Shown: positions 47,094 through 57,286 of the stretch, in pieces
Layout of the letters: every line of letters begins with the position of its first letter
How positions within the stretch are numbered: the stretch's first letter is position 1
DNA from: Longimicrobiales bacterium
GTDB taxonomy: Bacteria; Gemmatimonadota; Gemmatimonadetes; Longimicrobiales; Gaopeijiaceae
DNA length: 64,000 nt
Direction: 5' to 3'
Assembly: GCA_965223195.1 (NCBI GenBank)
Contig: CBDCVX010000019.1
Location: 96,258 to 160,257 of the forward strand
Notes under the pieces: generated by a model
Told to the model about the DNA's origin: nothing
Database searches by the model: none
Seen by the model: the letters and a program-made list of their open reading frames with translations, nothing else
Made by a program: the position numbers and the translations under genes

Positions 47094-48149
47094 CTACTTC
47101 CTCAGACCCGCCAACGAGCGCAGCTCGGCGGCCTTGATGAACGCGCCGGCCCGCTCGCGGATCAGGTCGAGCAGCTCTCCTGCCGTGTGCCGATCGCCCA
47201 TGCGGACCAGGTACTCCAGAATGGAGACGCCGTCGCCGGCCGGGATGATCTCTGCCAGCCGCCAACGGTGGGCCATGCTGCGCAGTAGCGTCTCCGTCAC
47301 CGCTTGGGCCTCACCGGTCTTCACCGCGTAGACCATCAGGACCGAATAGGCCTTTCGTTCCTGATGGTCGGGCGTCTCGGAGTAGAGGTGTCGCTCCATC
47401 CGAGCCAATCGCTCCGCCGCCTCGGCCAGCTCTTCGCGCGACAGCGCGCGGAGCAGTCTGGAGTCCCCAAAGGAAAGCGCACTTCGCGCCGATCCCGGGC
47501 CAGCGAGCACGTCTCCCAACCCGAGGTTGCCCGTGCGGGCGGCGCGGTCGGCGTAGATGTTCCCGAAGTTGGTTTTCCACAGCGCCAAGTTGATGACGTT
47601 GAACGCGATGGATAGGATCGCCGCCACGCCCAGTGCCTGAACGCCCGCGGACAAGCCCACCCCGATGGCCAGAAACACGTAGACCGCGTCTTTCGTGTCC
47701 TTGAGGGTGGTGCGGAAGCGGACGGCGGCGACGATGCCCGCGAGGCTAAATGCCAGCGCCAGACTGTTTTGGACGATGATCACGATTCCGGTGACAGCCA
47801 CCGGGAGGATCACCAACGTGTGGACGATCGACTCGTCGTAGTCGCCACGCCGCTTGATGACGATGTACGTCCACGCAACGGGCAGCATGATGACGAGCGC
47901 GGCCAGGATGGACACGCACACCACCGTGAGGTGGCCCACCCCCGGCGCCACCTGGCCCGGACCCACGGCCGTCAGGTCGAGCGTTTCCCCGGTGAGCTGT
48001 CCCAGGCGCCCCATCGTGAACGCGTTGTGAACCGACGGGAACTGTCCTGCGAGGATGACCACCACGATGGCGGCGATGACGTAGTAGATCACGATCATCC
48101 ACAGCGCCCGCCGCTCGGAGGGCAATCCCGATCGCGCCTTTTCGCTCAT
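47094..48149 (-). CDS. DUF4956-domain membrane protein
   Basis: Four N-terminal TM helices and a cytoplasmic C-domain; GGAGG SD 4 nt before ATG 48149. Confidence 0.7.
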   Translation of the reverse strand: MSEKARSGLPSERRALWMIVIYYVIAAIVVVILAGQFPSVHNAFTMGRLGQLTGETLDLTAVGPGQVAPGVGHLTVVCVSILAALVIMLPVAWTYIVIKRRGDYDESIVHTLVILPVAVTGIVIIVQNSLALAFSLAGIVAAVRFRTTLKDTKDAVYVFLAIGVGLSAGVQALGVAAILSIAFNVINLALWKTNFGNIYADRAARTGNLGLGDVLAGPGSARSALSFGDSRLLRALSREELAEAAERLARMERHLYSETPDHQERKAYSVLMVYAVKTGEAQAVTETLLRSMAHRWRLAEIIPAGDGVSILEYLVRMGDRHTAGELLDLIRERAGAFIKAAELRSLAGLRK

Positions 48150-48176
48150 TCAGCCTCCGGCAGGGAAACGGACCCG

Positions 48177-48638
48177 TCAGTCCTCCGACGCCTCGTCGCC
48201 GTGAGATCCCAACGAGTGCTCGAAGCCGAACTCGGACAGCAACCGATCGTCGTAGTGGTCCGCCTGCTCCGCCGTCCAAATGATCAGGTCGATGAGCTCG
48301 TTGGGCTCCAGATCACGGAGATTCCGACCCGCGCACAGCTCCACCGTCGCCTGGTCGGTCACCGAAAAGCCCGCCCTTCCCTTCAGCAGGGAGTTGAACT
48401 GCAGCAAACGAGCGTACAGGTCCTCTCGCGAAGTTTCGGGCACCCGCATGACCGGGAGGCGCACGATCAGGATCTCGACGCCCGGGTCGTCCGCGCTCTC
48501 CGAAACTGAAACGACCCCTCGCGCGGATCCACTCTGCACCGAGGTTTCGAAGCCGGGCCGCAACGTGCCGGCTTCGACCGCCTCGAGGATCCTGCTCACC
48601 GCGGCTCCGAGAGAGCTTGCACTGGGCATGACCAACAA
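48177..48638 (-). CDS. YbjN-like (T3SS-chaperone-fold) putative sensory transduction regulator
   Basis: 153 aa acidic protein of YbjN-family size and composition; moderate. Confidence 0.55.
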   Translation of the reverse strand: MLVMPSASSLGAAVSRILEAVEAGTLRPGFETSVQSGSARGVVSVSESADDPGVEILIVRLPVMRVPETSREDLYARLLQFNSLLKGRAGFSVTDQATVELCAGRNLRDLEPNELIDLIIWTAEQADHYDDRLLSEFGFEHSLGSHGDEASED

Positions 48639-48769
48639 GATGGGACGTTTTCCACAGGTGCCACAACCCGCGAAGTGTCCCGTTTGCGCACGAGTTTTGC
48701 TGAAACGCGATGCGGCGCAGGATCTCTTCCGTGCGGGGATCTCAGTACCACACCATCACGAGGACACGC

Positions 48770-51034
48770 GTGCCCGCAAAACAGCTAGACAAGCAGGAGC
48801 TGGCTCGCCTCTTCGACGAGGCTGTGGTGCGGATGCTTCCGACGGCCGCCTTCGGTCTCGCGGTCCTGTACACGCTGTTCGCGGTCAGCCACGTGGTGAT
48901 CCTGGAAGGGATGATCCGGTCGGTCATGGCCGCACTGGCCTCGGTGAGCGCGCTATTGTATTACGCCGTAGGCATTTACCTGCGACGTGTGGGCGTCCCC
49001 AAGGGCAGGGGACACACCACCGGCGGGTTGATGGTGATCCCCGTGATCGCGAACTGCGTCACGCATCTGTACCTGACCGGCGACCCGATCATCTCCGCGA
49101 ACTTCGCGTTCGTAGAGGTCGGAGCCGGGCTCATCTTCTTCAGCTATTCCTGGATCGCCTTCGCGGTCGGCACGACGCTGCTCGGGTGGGTCGCGACCGG
49201 ATTGGCGCTCCCCATTTTTCCGCCCCTGGACAACGTGTTCCTGCTCGTGGGTGGCGCCGGCGTCGCCTTTCTGGCAACGCTGGCCCGTCGCCAGGCCTTC
49301 CATCGGTTCCTGGAGCTGAGCTGGGAGATCGAGACCAGTGAGGAGCGCTACCGACTGGCCGTGGCCGGCTCGAACGACGGCCTGTACGACTGGGATCTGG
49401 CGAGCGGACAGATCCACTACGCAACGCGGCTGAAGCAGATCTTGGGGTACGAGCGAGACGACCGCACGTTCGGAGAGGGCGTGGATGCCCTGACCGACCG
49501 GATCCATCCGGACGACCTGGATCGGGTGCGGGTGGCGCTGGTGGCCCATCTGAAGCAGGAGACCGAGCTCTTCGAGGACGAGTTCAGGGTTCGACACAAG
49601 GACGGCACCTACGTCTGGGTTCTGGCCCGCGGGGCGTCCGTCCGGGACGAGACCGGCCGCGCCCTGCGACTGGCGGGCTCGCTGACCGACATGACGCGGC
49701 GCGGGGTGTTCGACCCGCTTACGGGCCTGCCGAACCGACTCTTGTTCATGGACCGCCTCCAGCGGCTGGTGCAGCGGCCCCAGGCCGAGGAGTCGGATGA
49801 CAATCGCTTCGCCGTCATCTTCCTGGATCTGAACGGATTCAAGATGGTCAACGACACCCTGGGCCACGCGGTGGGAGACCAGCTCCTGCAAGAGGTGGCG
49901 GGCCGGCTACAAGGGTGCGTACGGGCCTCCGACACGGTCGCGCGGTTGGGCGGAGACGAATTCGTGTTGCTGCTGGAGCGGATCCGCATCCCCCAGGGCG
50001 TGCGGGTCACCGTGGATCGTATCGAATGGCGCATGAGCCAGCCGTTCCTGCTCGAAGGCCGTGAGCTGTTCGTGACGGCGGCCATGGGAGCCGTCATCGA
50101 CACGAGCGGCTACGACGCGGGCGAGGACCTGATCCGCGATGCGGATACGGCCATGTACCAGGCCAAGGAGCGTGGCGAAGGCTGCATGATCTTCGACATG
50201 GCCATGCGCAAGCGTCTGACCGATCGTCTTCGCACGGAAGGGGAGTTGCGGCGGGGGCTGAAACGAAACGAGTTCGTGGTCCACTACCAGAGCATCATCA
50301 GCCTCAGCCAAGGTGGCATCGAGGGATACGAGGCCTTGGTGCGATGGAACCACCCCACGCGTGGGCTGATCTACCCCGGCGACTTCATCGGCATCATGGA
50401 GGAGACCGGCCTCATTCTGCCGTTGGGCCGTTGGGTCATGAAGCACGCAGCCGAGACGATCCAGGCCGAGTACGGACACCTGGGCTCGGCCATGCCGTAC
50501 GTGAGCGTCAACCTCTCTCCGCGGCACCTGATCCAGGATGACCTCGTGCTCCATGTCCAGGAGATCCTGGACGAGACGGGGATCAGTCCGGACAAGCTGC
50601 GGTTCGAGATTACGGAGACCGCCATCATCGAAAGTCCGCGGACCGCACAGGCCATGCTCCAGCAACTGAAGATGCTCGGGGTTCGGATCCTGATGGACGA
50701 CTTCGGCACGGGACACTCCTCGTTGAGCTACCTGCAAACGCTCCCCATCGACACGCTCAAGATCGACCGATCGTTCATTGCGCAGATATCGGGCAGCACG
50801 GCCGGGGCGGAGCTGGTCCACACCATCGTGAGAATGGCCGCGAATCTGGGGTTGACGGTGGTGGCGGAAGGCATCGAGACAGACGAGCAGATGGAGCTCC
50901 TCCGTACCATGAGCTGCAGCTCCGGACAGGGGTTCTTGTTCGATCGGCCGGCGGAGCTGGCCAAGATCGGCCGGCCCTCCGACGAGCTGGAAACGGCCTT
51001 CCGCGACGCTTTGGCCGGAGTCTCGACCTCCTGA
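48770..51034 (+). CDS. Membrane-anchored PAS-GGDEF-EAL cyclic-di-GMP signalling protein
   Basis: Six TM helices, PAS (YRLAVAGSNDGLYDWDL...), GGDEF (RLGGDEF), EAL (EALVRW...DDFGTGHSSLSYL); GTG 48770 preceded by AGGA. Confidence 0.85.
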   Translation: MPAKQLDKQELARLFDEAVVRMLPTAAFGLAVLYTLFAVSHVVILEGMIRSVMAALASVSALLYYAVGIYLRRVGVPKGRGHTTGGLMVIPVIANCVTHLYLTGDPIISANFAFVEVGAGLIFFSYSWIAFAVGTTLLGWVATGLALPIFPPLDNVFLLVGGAGVAFLATLARRQAFHRFLELSWEIETSEERYRLAVAGSNDGLYDWDLASGQIHYATRLKQILGYERDDRTFGEGVDALTDRIHPDDLDRVRVALVAHLKQETELFEDEFRVRHKDGTYVWVLARGASVRDETGRALRLAGSLTDMTRRGVFDPLTGLPNRLLFMDRLQRLVQRPQAEESDDNRFAVIFLDLNGFKMVNDTLGHAVGDQLLQEVAGRLQGCVRASDTVARLGGDEFVLLLERIRIPQGVRVTVDRIEWRMSQPFLLEGRELFVTAAMGAVIDTSGYDAGEDLIRDADTAMYQAKERGEGCMIFDMAMRKRLTDRLRTEGELRRGLKRNEFVVHYQSIISLSQGGIEGYEALVRWNHPTRGLIYPGDFIGIMEETGLILPLGRWVMKHAAETIQAEYGHLGSAMPYVSVNLSPRHLIQDDLVLHVQEILDETGISPDKLRFEITETAIIESPRTAQAMLQQLKMLGVRILMDDFGTGHSSLSYLQTLPIDTLKIDRSFIAQISGSTAGAELVHTIVRMAANLGLTVVAEGIETDEQMELLRTMSCSSGQGFLFDRPAELAKIGRPSDELETAFRDALAGVSTS

Positions 51035-51099
51035 CGGTCCCGCCGCCCCGGGTCGCCACAACTGGCGCGAGACAGGGTGTGCCTCGTTAGTTTCGGGGC

Positions 51100-53694
51100 A
51101 TGACACGATCGGGGGGGATGCCACGAGGACTGCGGTTCTTGCGGTGGGGCGCTTGGGCCGGGTGCTTCCTACTTGCCGCTTCCGCTTTGTCCGGCCAGGA
51201 CCGGATGGACGCCGAGCCGGGTGACACCGTCGCGGTCACGCCCGAAGGTCGCTACGACGCGAACGCCATCCACCGCTTCCTTCTCGGCTCCAATCACCGG
51301 GAGATTTGGTCGACGCCGATGTCGGTGGAGGTGCTCGACCTGGATTCGTTCGCCGGCGGCCTCACGCCGCTCCGCCGTGGCGGCGGCCTCCAGACCCGCT
51401 CGCTGCGCTTCGTGGGCACCGACGGGGTCGTCTACAACTTCCGTTCGTTGGACAAGGACGCGTCTCGCACCCTGGACCCCGAGCTTCGACGAAGCATCGC
51501 CGCGCGCGTGCTCCAGGATCAGATCTCGGCGCTGCTGCCCCTGTCGGCGCTGGTCGTGGCTCCGCTCCTGGAGGCGGGCGGCGTGCTGCACGCCAGCCCG
51601 GTGTTGCGGATCATGCCCGACGATCCGCGGCTCGGCGAATTTCGCGAGGAGTTCGCAGGACTGTTGGGGCTGCTCGAAGAGCGGCCCGATGAGGGCCCCG
51701 ACGGCACCGAGGGGTTCGGGGGCTCGACACGGGTCACCGGATCGGAGCGGCTGCTCGAGCGGCTGGAGGAGAGTCCGCGGCACCGGGTGGACGCCGCCGA
51801 GTTTCTCAGAGCTCGCTTGCTCGACGTCTACGTGGGGGACTGGGACCGACATCCCGATCAGTGGCGTTGGGCGGAGTTCCCCGGCGAGGATGGACGTTCC
51901 TCTTGGCATCCCATTCCGCGCGATCGCGACTGGGCCTTGGCCAGGCTGCAGGGCGCCCTCGTCCAGGCGGCCGGACTGTTGTGGTATCACTATCACGGAT
52001 TCGGGCACGACTACAACTCGGCGTTCCGATCCACGTGGAGCGGGCGGGCGCTGGATCGCCGTATCCTGCCCGAGCTGACCTGGGCCGAGTGGGAGTCGGT
52101 CGCGGCCGACCTCCAGCGACGCCTCACGGACAGGGTCATCGCGGACGCGGTCCGGCAGCTTCCGGAGAGCTACTACGTCCAACTCGGGGAGGACCTGGAG
52201 TCCGCCCTCCGGAACCGCCGGGACGGGCTGATGGACATGGCCCGAGAGTTCTACGATTTGCTGGCAGGGTCGGTCGACCTGTGGGCCACCGACGAGGACG
52301 AGCGCGTGGCCGTGCGTCGCCACCCGGATGGGCGAATCGACGTCGAGTACTCCGTGGACGGCGCCTCGTACCTCGGCCGGACCTTCCTCCCCGAGGAGAC
52401 CCGCGAGGTGCGGCTCTTCCTGCGTGGCGGAGAAGACCGGGTGCGCATTGAAGGGGCGGGCCCCGCTACCATCGCCGTCCGCATCGTCGGGGGCGGCGGA
52501 GACGACGCGTTCGTGGACGAGACCGACGGCCGTGGGGTCCACGTCTACGACGACCGGGGAGACAACACGTACGACCTGGGCGGGTCCGCCAAGCTCGACG
52601 ACGAAGATTACGACGAGCCCGACGATCCCGGCAGCGCGACGCACCAGGCGCGGCCGCGGGACTGGGGCGCGTACGCCGTGCCCATCCCCTACCTGTCCCT
52701 GGACTCGGACCTCGGGCTGTTCGCCGGGGCCGGCATCCTCCGTTGGACGTACGGCTTCCGGCACTTTCCGTACAAGTCGCGCCTCTCGGCCTCGGTCGGC
52801 ATCGGCACGGCCTCGGGCAAGCCCAGGGCCGTACTGGATTGGGACTTCCCCCTGAGCGGCCCGCGCGTGCGGGGCCGACTGCGCGCCCGGTGGTCCGGGG
52901 CGGAGGTGAACCGCTTCTACGGAAGGGGCAACGGCTCAGATGCGGGCGACGACCCCGAGCTGAGCAAGGCCGAGCGGGAGGAGGTCGGGGTCGACGCGTT
53001 CCTGGTCGCGGCGCCGTCGCCCGGTGTCTCCGTGGGCATCGGACCCACGGTCCGCTATTACGACCTGTTCGAGAATCCGGGTCGTACCGTGCGTACGCTG
53101 CTCCCGTATGGAGCCGAGCAGGGGTTCGGGATCGCGGGGCTGGGCGGGGAGCTGACGGTGGAACGGCGAAACGTGCTCACCGCTGCCAGCGAGGGTGGGT
53201 ATCTGCGGCTCTCGGGACGTTGGTTCCCGTCCATCTGGGATGCGCGCGAAGCCTTCGGGGGCGTGAAGGCGGAGGCCGCCGTGTACCGGTCCCTCGATGC
53301 GGCCCTGTCTCCGACCCTAGCCGTGCGGGTGGGCGCAGAGAAGGTGTTCGGAGAGGCTCCCTATCAGCAGCTCGCGTACCTGGGCGGGCTCACCTCGCTC
53401 AGGGGCTTTCCCAACGACCGGTTCGCGGGAGACGGGGCCGTGTTCGCCAACGCGGAGCTCCGCCTCGCGCTGGGCGATCTGTTCTTCTTCCTGCCCGGCG
53501 AGTTCGGCGTCCACGGCCTGGCCGACGTGGGCCGTGTGTTCGACGACGCGGACGACGTGAGCGATCTGCACACGTCGTTCGGGGGAGGCGCGTGGATCGC
53601 GTTCGTAAACAGGGCGGGCCTGATCAGCCTGACCCTGGCCAACGGGAGTGACGGAGATCTGAGGGTGTATACCCGGGCGGGATTCCCGTTTTAG
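51100..53694 (+). CDS. Large outer-membrane protein with Omp85/D15-like C-terminal beta-barrel (hypothetical N-terminal 500 aa)
   Basis: Signal peptide MPRGLRFLRWGAWAGCFLLAASALSGQD (alternative start 51118); C-terminus ...GGLTSLRGFPNDRFAGDGAVFANAELR...GGGAWIAFVNRAGLISLTLANGSDGDLRVYTRAGFPF ends in the aromatic residue typical of OMP barrels. Confidence 0.7.
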   Translation: MTRSGGMPRGLRFLRWGAWAGCFLLAASALSGQDRMDAEPGDTVAVTPEGRYDANAIHRFLLGSNHREIWSTPMSVEVLDLDSFAGGLTPLRRGGGLQTRSLRFVGTDGVVYNFRSLDKDASRTLDPELRRSIAARVLQDQISALLPLSALVVAPLLEAGGVLHASPVLRIMPDDPRLGEFREEFAGLLGLLEERPDEGPDGTEGFGGSTRVTGSERLLERLEESPRHRVDAAEFLRARLLDVYVGDWDRHPDQWRWAEFPGEDGRSSWHPIPRDRDWALARLQGALVQAAGLLWYHYHGFGHDYNSAFRSTWSGRALDRRILPELTWAEWESVAADLQRRLTDRVIADAVRQLPESYYVQLGEDLESALRNRRDGLMDMAREFYDLLAGSVDLWATDEDERVAVRRHPDGRIDVEYSVDGASYLGRTFLPEETREVRLFLRGGEDRVRIEGAGPATIAVRIVGGGGDDAFVDETDGRGVHVYDDRGDNTYDLGGSAKLDDEDYDEPDDPGSATHQARPRDWGAYAVPIPYLSLDSDLGLFAGAGILRWTYGFRHFPYKSRLSASVGIGTASGKPRAVLDWDFPLSGPRVRGRLRARWSGAEVNRFYGRGNGSDAGDDPELSKAEREEVGVDAFLVAAPSPGVSVGIGPTVRYYDLFENPGRTVRTLLPYGAEQGFGIAGLGGELTVERRNVLTAASEGGYLRLSGRWFPSIWDAREAFGGVKAEAAVYRSLDAALSPTLAVRVGAEKVFGEAPYQQLAYLGGLTSLRGFPNDRFAGDGAVFANAELRLALGDLFFFLPGEFGVHGLADVGRVFDDADDVSDLHTSFGGGAWIAFVNRAGLISLTLANGSDGDLRVYTRAGFPF

Positions 53695-56129
53695 TCCGCC
53701 CGTAGCACCGCAACCGGATCCAAGCGCGCAGCCCTGGCGGCCGGCAGGTAGCTTGCCAACGTCACCAGCGTCAGAAGCAGCCCGGCAATGGCCAGGTAGG
53801 GCCGGGCGTCCAGCGCCTGAACGTCGAACAAGAAGTTGTCGATCAGACGCGAGAGAAACGCGGACGCCACCATTCCCACGACCACTCCGGTGACCGCGAT
53901 GTAGGCTGCTTGACGCATGACCCGCACCAGGATTCGTTGCGGGGTCGCGCCCAGGGCCATCCGCACGCCGATCGCCTTGGCTCCCACGACGACGGCGTAG
54001 CTCACCACCCCGTAGATCCCCACAAGCACCAGCAGGAGCGCGACGGTCGCAAAGCCCGTGACCAGGCCCGCGTTCAAGCGCTCGTCCGACCGCTGTCCGG
54101 CGCGGAGGTCTTCGAACCTGCGCGGACCCACGAACGGACCCGCGAGCGGGATCGCCGGGTCGACGGAGCGCACCGCGTCTTCAATGGCCCGTAGCGTGTT
54201 GACCGACCCCTCGCCGACGCGAGCCAGGATCCGGACTTGCGACCAGGGGGAGTGGGTGAACGGCACGTAGACCACCGGCACGGCGGTTCCGCCCCTCTCT
54301 GACGGGTCGAGATCGGCCACCACGCCCACCACACGGCCGCTGATGGGCTCTCCGAAATCGGAGCGTGCGCTCGACGCCTTCCGGACTCCGAGGACCTGAC
54401 CGAGGGGGGACGCTCCACCCCAGCGGCCCGCCAGGGTCTCGTTGATCACGACCGGGCCCTCTCCGCCCGCCAGGTCGGACGCATCGAACTCGCGGCCGGA
54501 CGCGACCGGAATCCCGACCGTCCGAAAATACCCGTCGGAAACGGTTCTGTAGATTACCGAGAAGTCGTCGTCCGTGTCTTGCGGAACGCCCCCGATCGAG
54601 GCCGGCGTGGGAAGGCCCGCCCGTCCGCCGGGGCCGTGGTTGGTGAGTGCCACGGACGTCACACCGGGAACGTTCTCCACCGCCTCGACCAGTGCGCGAT
54701 AGAGTCCGACCGCCGCCTCTTCCGCGTCGTACGTCGGAGATGGCGGGTTGATGGGGACCAGGATCAGCCGCTCCGGGTCGTATCCGGGATTCACGGCGGC
54801 GAGCCGAAGGAAGCTGCTCCCCAGGAGCCATCCGCCAACCAACAGGACGAACGCCACGCACACCTGGCCGGCCTGAATCCAGTTCGGGAGGCTCAACGAT
54901 GCCGAGCCCGGTGAATCGCGCGCCGCTCGCGCGGATGCCCGCCCCGCGTGACGGTGGGCCAGGAGCGCGAACAGCAGCGCCGCGAGGAGGGAGACGCCCG
55001 CGGCAAAGAGCACGACGAAGGGGCTCAGTCCAAGCTCCTGGACCCGTGGCAAGTCGCTCAGGCCTCCCTCGCGCGCCCAGCCGAGCGCGCGGAAGGCGAT
55101 GAGCGTGCCCAGCAGCCCGCCGAGCGCCGCAAGCAGGAGCGCCTCTGCGAAAATCTGCCGCAACATCTGGCCGCGGGCGGCGCCGAGCGCCGTGCGCAAC
55201 GCGTACTCTTGGCTCCGGGACTTTCCGTGGACGATGTACAGGTTGGCCAGGTTGAGGCAGCAGATGAGCAACACGAAGCCGGCCGCGCCCCAGAGCATGT
55301 AGAGGCGAGGCCGAACGGCCCGAATCTCGGTGTCTTTGAGCGACTCGATGCGGACACCGGTCCAGTCCGCGTTGGTCTCGGGGTAGGCTGAAGCCAGCGC
55401 CGCGGCGACCGATTCCATCCGCCTCCGGGCCTGGTCCGGGGTCACGTCCGGACGGAGGCGCGCGATTACGCGGCTATCCGCGGTGAAGCCCCGCTGGTTC
55501 AGGGCGGCCAGATCCCCCGGGGGCAGCCGAGTCAGGGGCATCCAGAGGTCGTTTTCCGCTCCCCAGTCGGGATAGGCGAAGGTTGCCGGAAGCACTCCGA
55601 CGATGGTGAACGGCAGATCGTCCACCACCAGCCTGTCGCCGAGCACTGCCGGATCGGCGCCGAACCACCGTTGCCAGGCCCTGTGGGAGAGCACGACCGC
55701 GCCGTCGGCCTCCGAAGCGTGATCGTCCGCCGTGAGGGCCCTTCCGATGTGGGCACGATTGCCGAGGATGTCGAAGAACTCCGGGGATACGAAAGCGGCG
55801 AGCAGGAGCCCGCTGCTGCCTTCGGCGCGATACGTGACCGGCACGCCGCGCGCATAGCCGAGACGGTCGAACACGCCGTCCTCCGCCTCCCAATCCTTGA
55901 AGGTCGGGTAGGAGGGAATGCGTGGTCGACCCGACGCGTGCTGCTCCAGCACGCTTACCAGCCGATCCGAGTCCGGGTAGGGGAGAGGGTTGAGCACGAT
56001 GGCGTGCACCAGCCCGAAGATAGCCGTGTTGCCGCCGATCCCCAGGGCCAGGGTGAGGATCACGGCCAAGGAAAAGGCCGGGCGCCTTCTCGCCACCCGC
56101 CACGCGTATGCCAAATCTCGCGTAATCAT
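53691..56129 (-). CDS. MacB-like FtsX-family ABC transporter permease, duplicated orphan type (ADOP family), no adjacent ATPase
   Basis: Two MacB_PCD + FtsX modules (four+four TM helices), about 810 aa; N-terminus MITRDLAYAWRVARRRPAFSLAVILTLALGIGGNTAIF is ADOP-typical. Confidence 0.85.
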   Translation of the reverse strand: MITRDLAYAWRVARRRPAFSLAVILTLALGIGGNTAIFGLVHAIVLNPLPYPDSDRLVSVLEQHASGRPRIPSYPTFKDWEAEDGVFDRLGYARGVPVTYRAEGSSGLLLAAFVSPEFFDILGNRAHIGRALTADDHASEADGAVVLSHRAWQRWFGADPAVLGDRLVVDDLPFTIVGVLPATFAYPDWGAENDLWMPLTRLPPGDLAALNQRGFTADSRVIARLRPDVTPDQARRRMESVAAALASAYPETNADWTGVRIESLKDTEIRAVRPRLYMLWGAAGFVLLICCLNLANLYIVHGKSRSQEYALRTALGAARGQMLRQIFAEALLLAALGGLLGTLIAFRALGWAREGGLSDLPRVQELGLSPFVVLFAAGVSLLAALLFALLAHRHAGRASARAARDSPGSASLSLPNWIQAGQVCVAFVLLVGGWLLGSSFLRLAAVNPGYDPERLILVPINPPSPTYDAEEAAVGLYRALVEAVENVPGVTSVALTNHGPGGRAGLPTPASIGGVPQDTDDDFSVIYRTVSDGYFRTVGIPVASGREFDASDLAGGEGPVVINETLAGRWGGASPLGQVLGVRKASSARSDFGEPISGRVVGVVADLDPSERGGTAVPVVYVPFTHSPWSQVRILARVGEGSVNTLRAIEDAVRSVDPAIPLAGPFVGPRRFEDLRAGQRSDERLNAGLVTGFATVALLLVLVGIYGVVSYAVVVGAKAIGVRMALGATPQRILVRVMRQAAYIAVTGVVVGMVASAFLSRLIDNFLFDVQALDARPYLAIAGLLLTLVTLASYLPAARAARLDPVAVLRAD

Positions 56130-56299
56130 TGTCCACCGCCCGCCCCGATCGATCGTCCGGAAGCCTTCGCTCACCGAAAGATAGGGGGCCGAGCCGAGGC
56201 TCACGACCCGAACCCTCCGGCGAGCGTCACCCGGGACTCCTTGCCCCGCGTCCACGGAAGCTGCGCAGGCACCGGTAGCACGCCGCACACGCAAGGAGG

Positions 56300-57274
56300 G
56301 TGGTCATGACACGCTGCGTCGCACGAGCCTTGCGAGGTGTTTCCCGGGACCTCGCTTGGTGCTTTCTAATCTGGTTGACGGTTTCATGCGGAGGCGATTC
56401 CACGGGCCCGGAGGAACCCGGAGACGTCCGCGTGCTCGATGTGTCGGGCTCGTGGCTGAGTCCGGTGACCGCCGAGAACGGCGTCCCTATCTCTCGGTAC
56501 GATATCGTGCAGACCGGCAACGTCCTGAGCGGGGAGGCCTACTGGAGATCCGAAGGAGCCCTGGAGCGCATCGGCTCTTTCTCCGGCACGATCGACGCGG
56601 ACGGGAACGCGCAGTGGCTCGTGGTCCTGGACGACAACGGATGGGACGGCACGGAGAGCGTCGAGGCTCGCTTCGTGGGCGCGGAAGCCGGGTCCGGTAC
56701 ACAAGGGGGTGGCGCGCCGCCGGCCTCGGTCAGCGGAACGTGGGTGTGGAAGGCGCCGGACGGCTCGGTCAGAGAATCGGGTACGTTCTCGTTGAATCGG
56801 CCCGAGCTCGTCATTCCCGCCCCGGGCACCGGCGCGTTGGGTGAGGCGGGACTGTGGCGGGGCGTCCTCCTGTACACGTCGCCGGGTTTGTGCAACACCA
56901 CGGGCTTCCGCATGGCGATCAGCCTCTCCAGCACACCCGATCAGGTCGTCGGCACCGCGTCCGCGAAGCCGTTTCCCCGAGGGGCACCCGCTCCGAAGGG
57001 ATTGGACGGTTGGTTCGGGCACATGGAGATCTCGCTGCAGGGGCATCTGTTCGTGCCGCGGCCGTCCGATCCGCGGTCCGGCCTGGGAGTCGTGACCGGA
57101 GGTGCGATGGTGAACTCATCATGGGACGGCGAGCTTCACAACGGGCCCGGGGCGGAGCCCGAGGCTACCCAGTGGATCGGCGAGTTTCGTCACGCGCCGC
57201 CCTGCCACGACCGCTTCGGCGCCCATACGTCGGGGGTGTTCCTGTTCCAATCCGAGCGGGTGGTCGAGCCCTAG
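56300..57274 (+). CDS. Hypothetical lipoprotein
   Basis: Lipobox LTVSCGG; Gly/Ser-rich secreted composition. Confidence 0.6.
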   Translation: MVMTRCVARALRGVSRDLAWCFLIWLTVSCGGDSTGPEEPGDVRVLDVSGSWLSPVTAENGVPISRYDIVQTGNVLSGEAYWRSEGALERIGSFSGTIDADGNAQWLVVLDDNGWDGTESVEARFVGAEAGSGTQGGGAPPASVSGTWVWKAPDGSVRESGTFSLNRPELVIPAPGTGALGEAGLWRGVLLYTSPGLCNTTGFRMAISLSSTPDQVVGTASAKPFPRGAPAPKGLDGWFGHMEISLQGHLFVPRPSDPRSGLGVVTGGAMVNSSWDGELHNGPGAEPEATQWIGEFRHAPPCHDRFGAHTSGVFLFQSERVVEP

Positions 57275-57286
57275 GGGGAGTTCGAT

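Noticed and set aside
51169-52764. 531-aa minus ORF antisense to the Omp85-like gene
   Set aside because: No motifs; compositionally biased; the sense strand has a signal peptide and an OMP C-terminus
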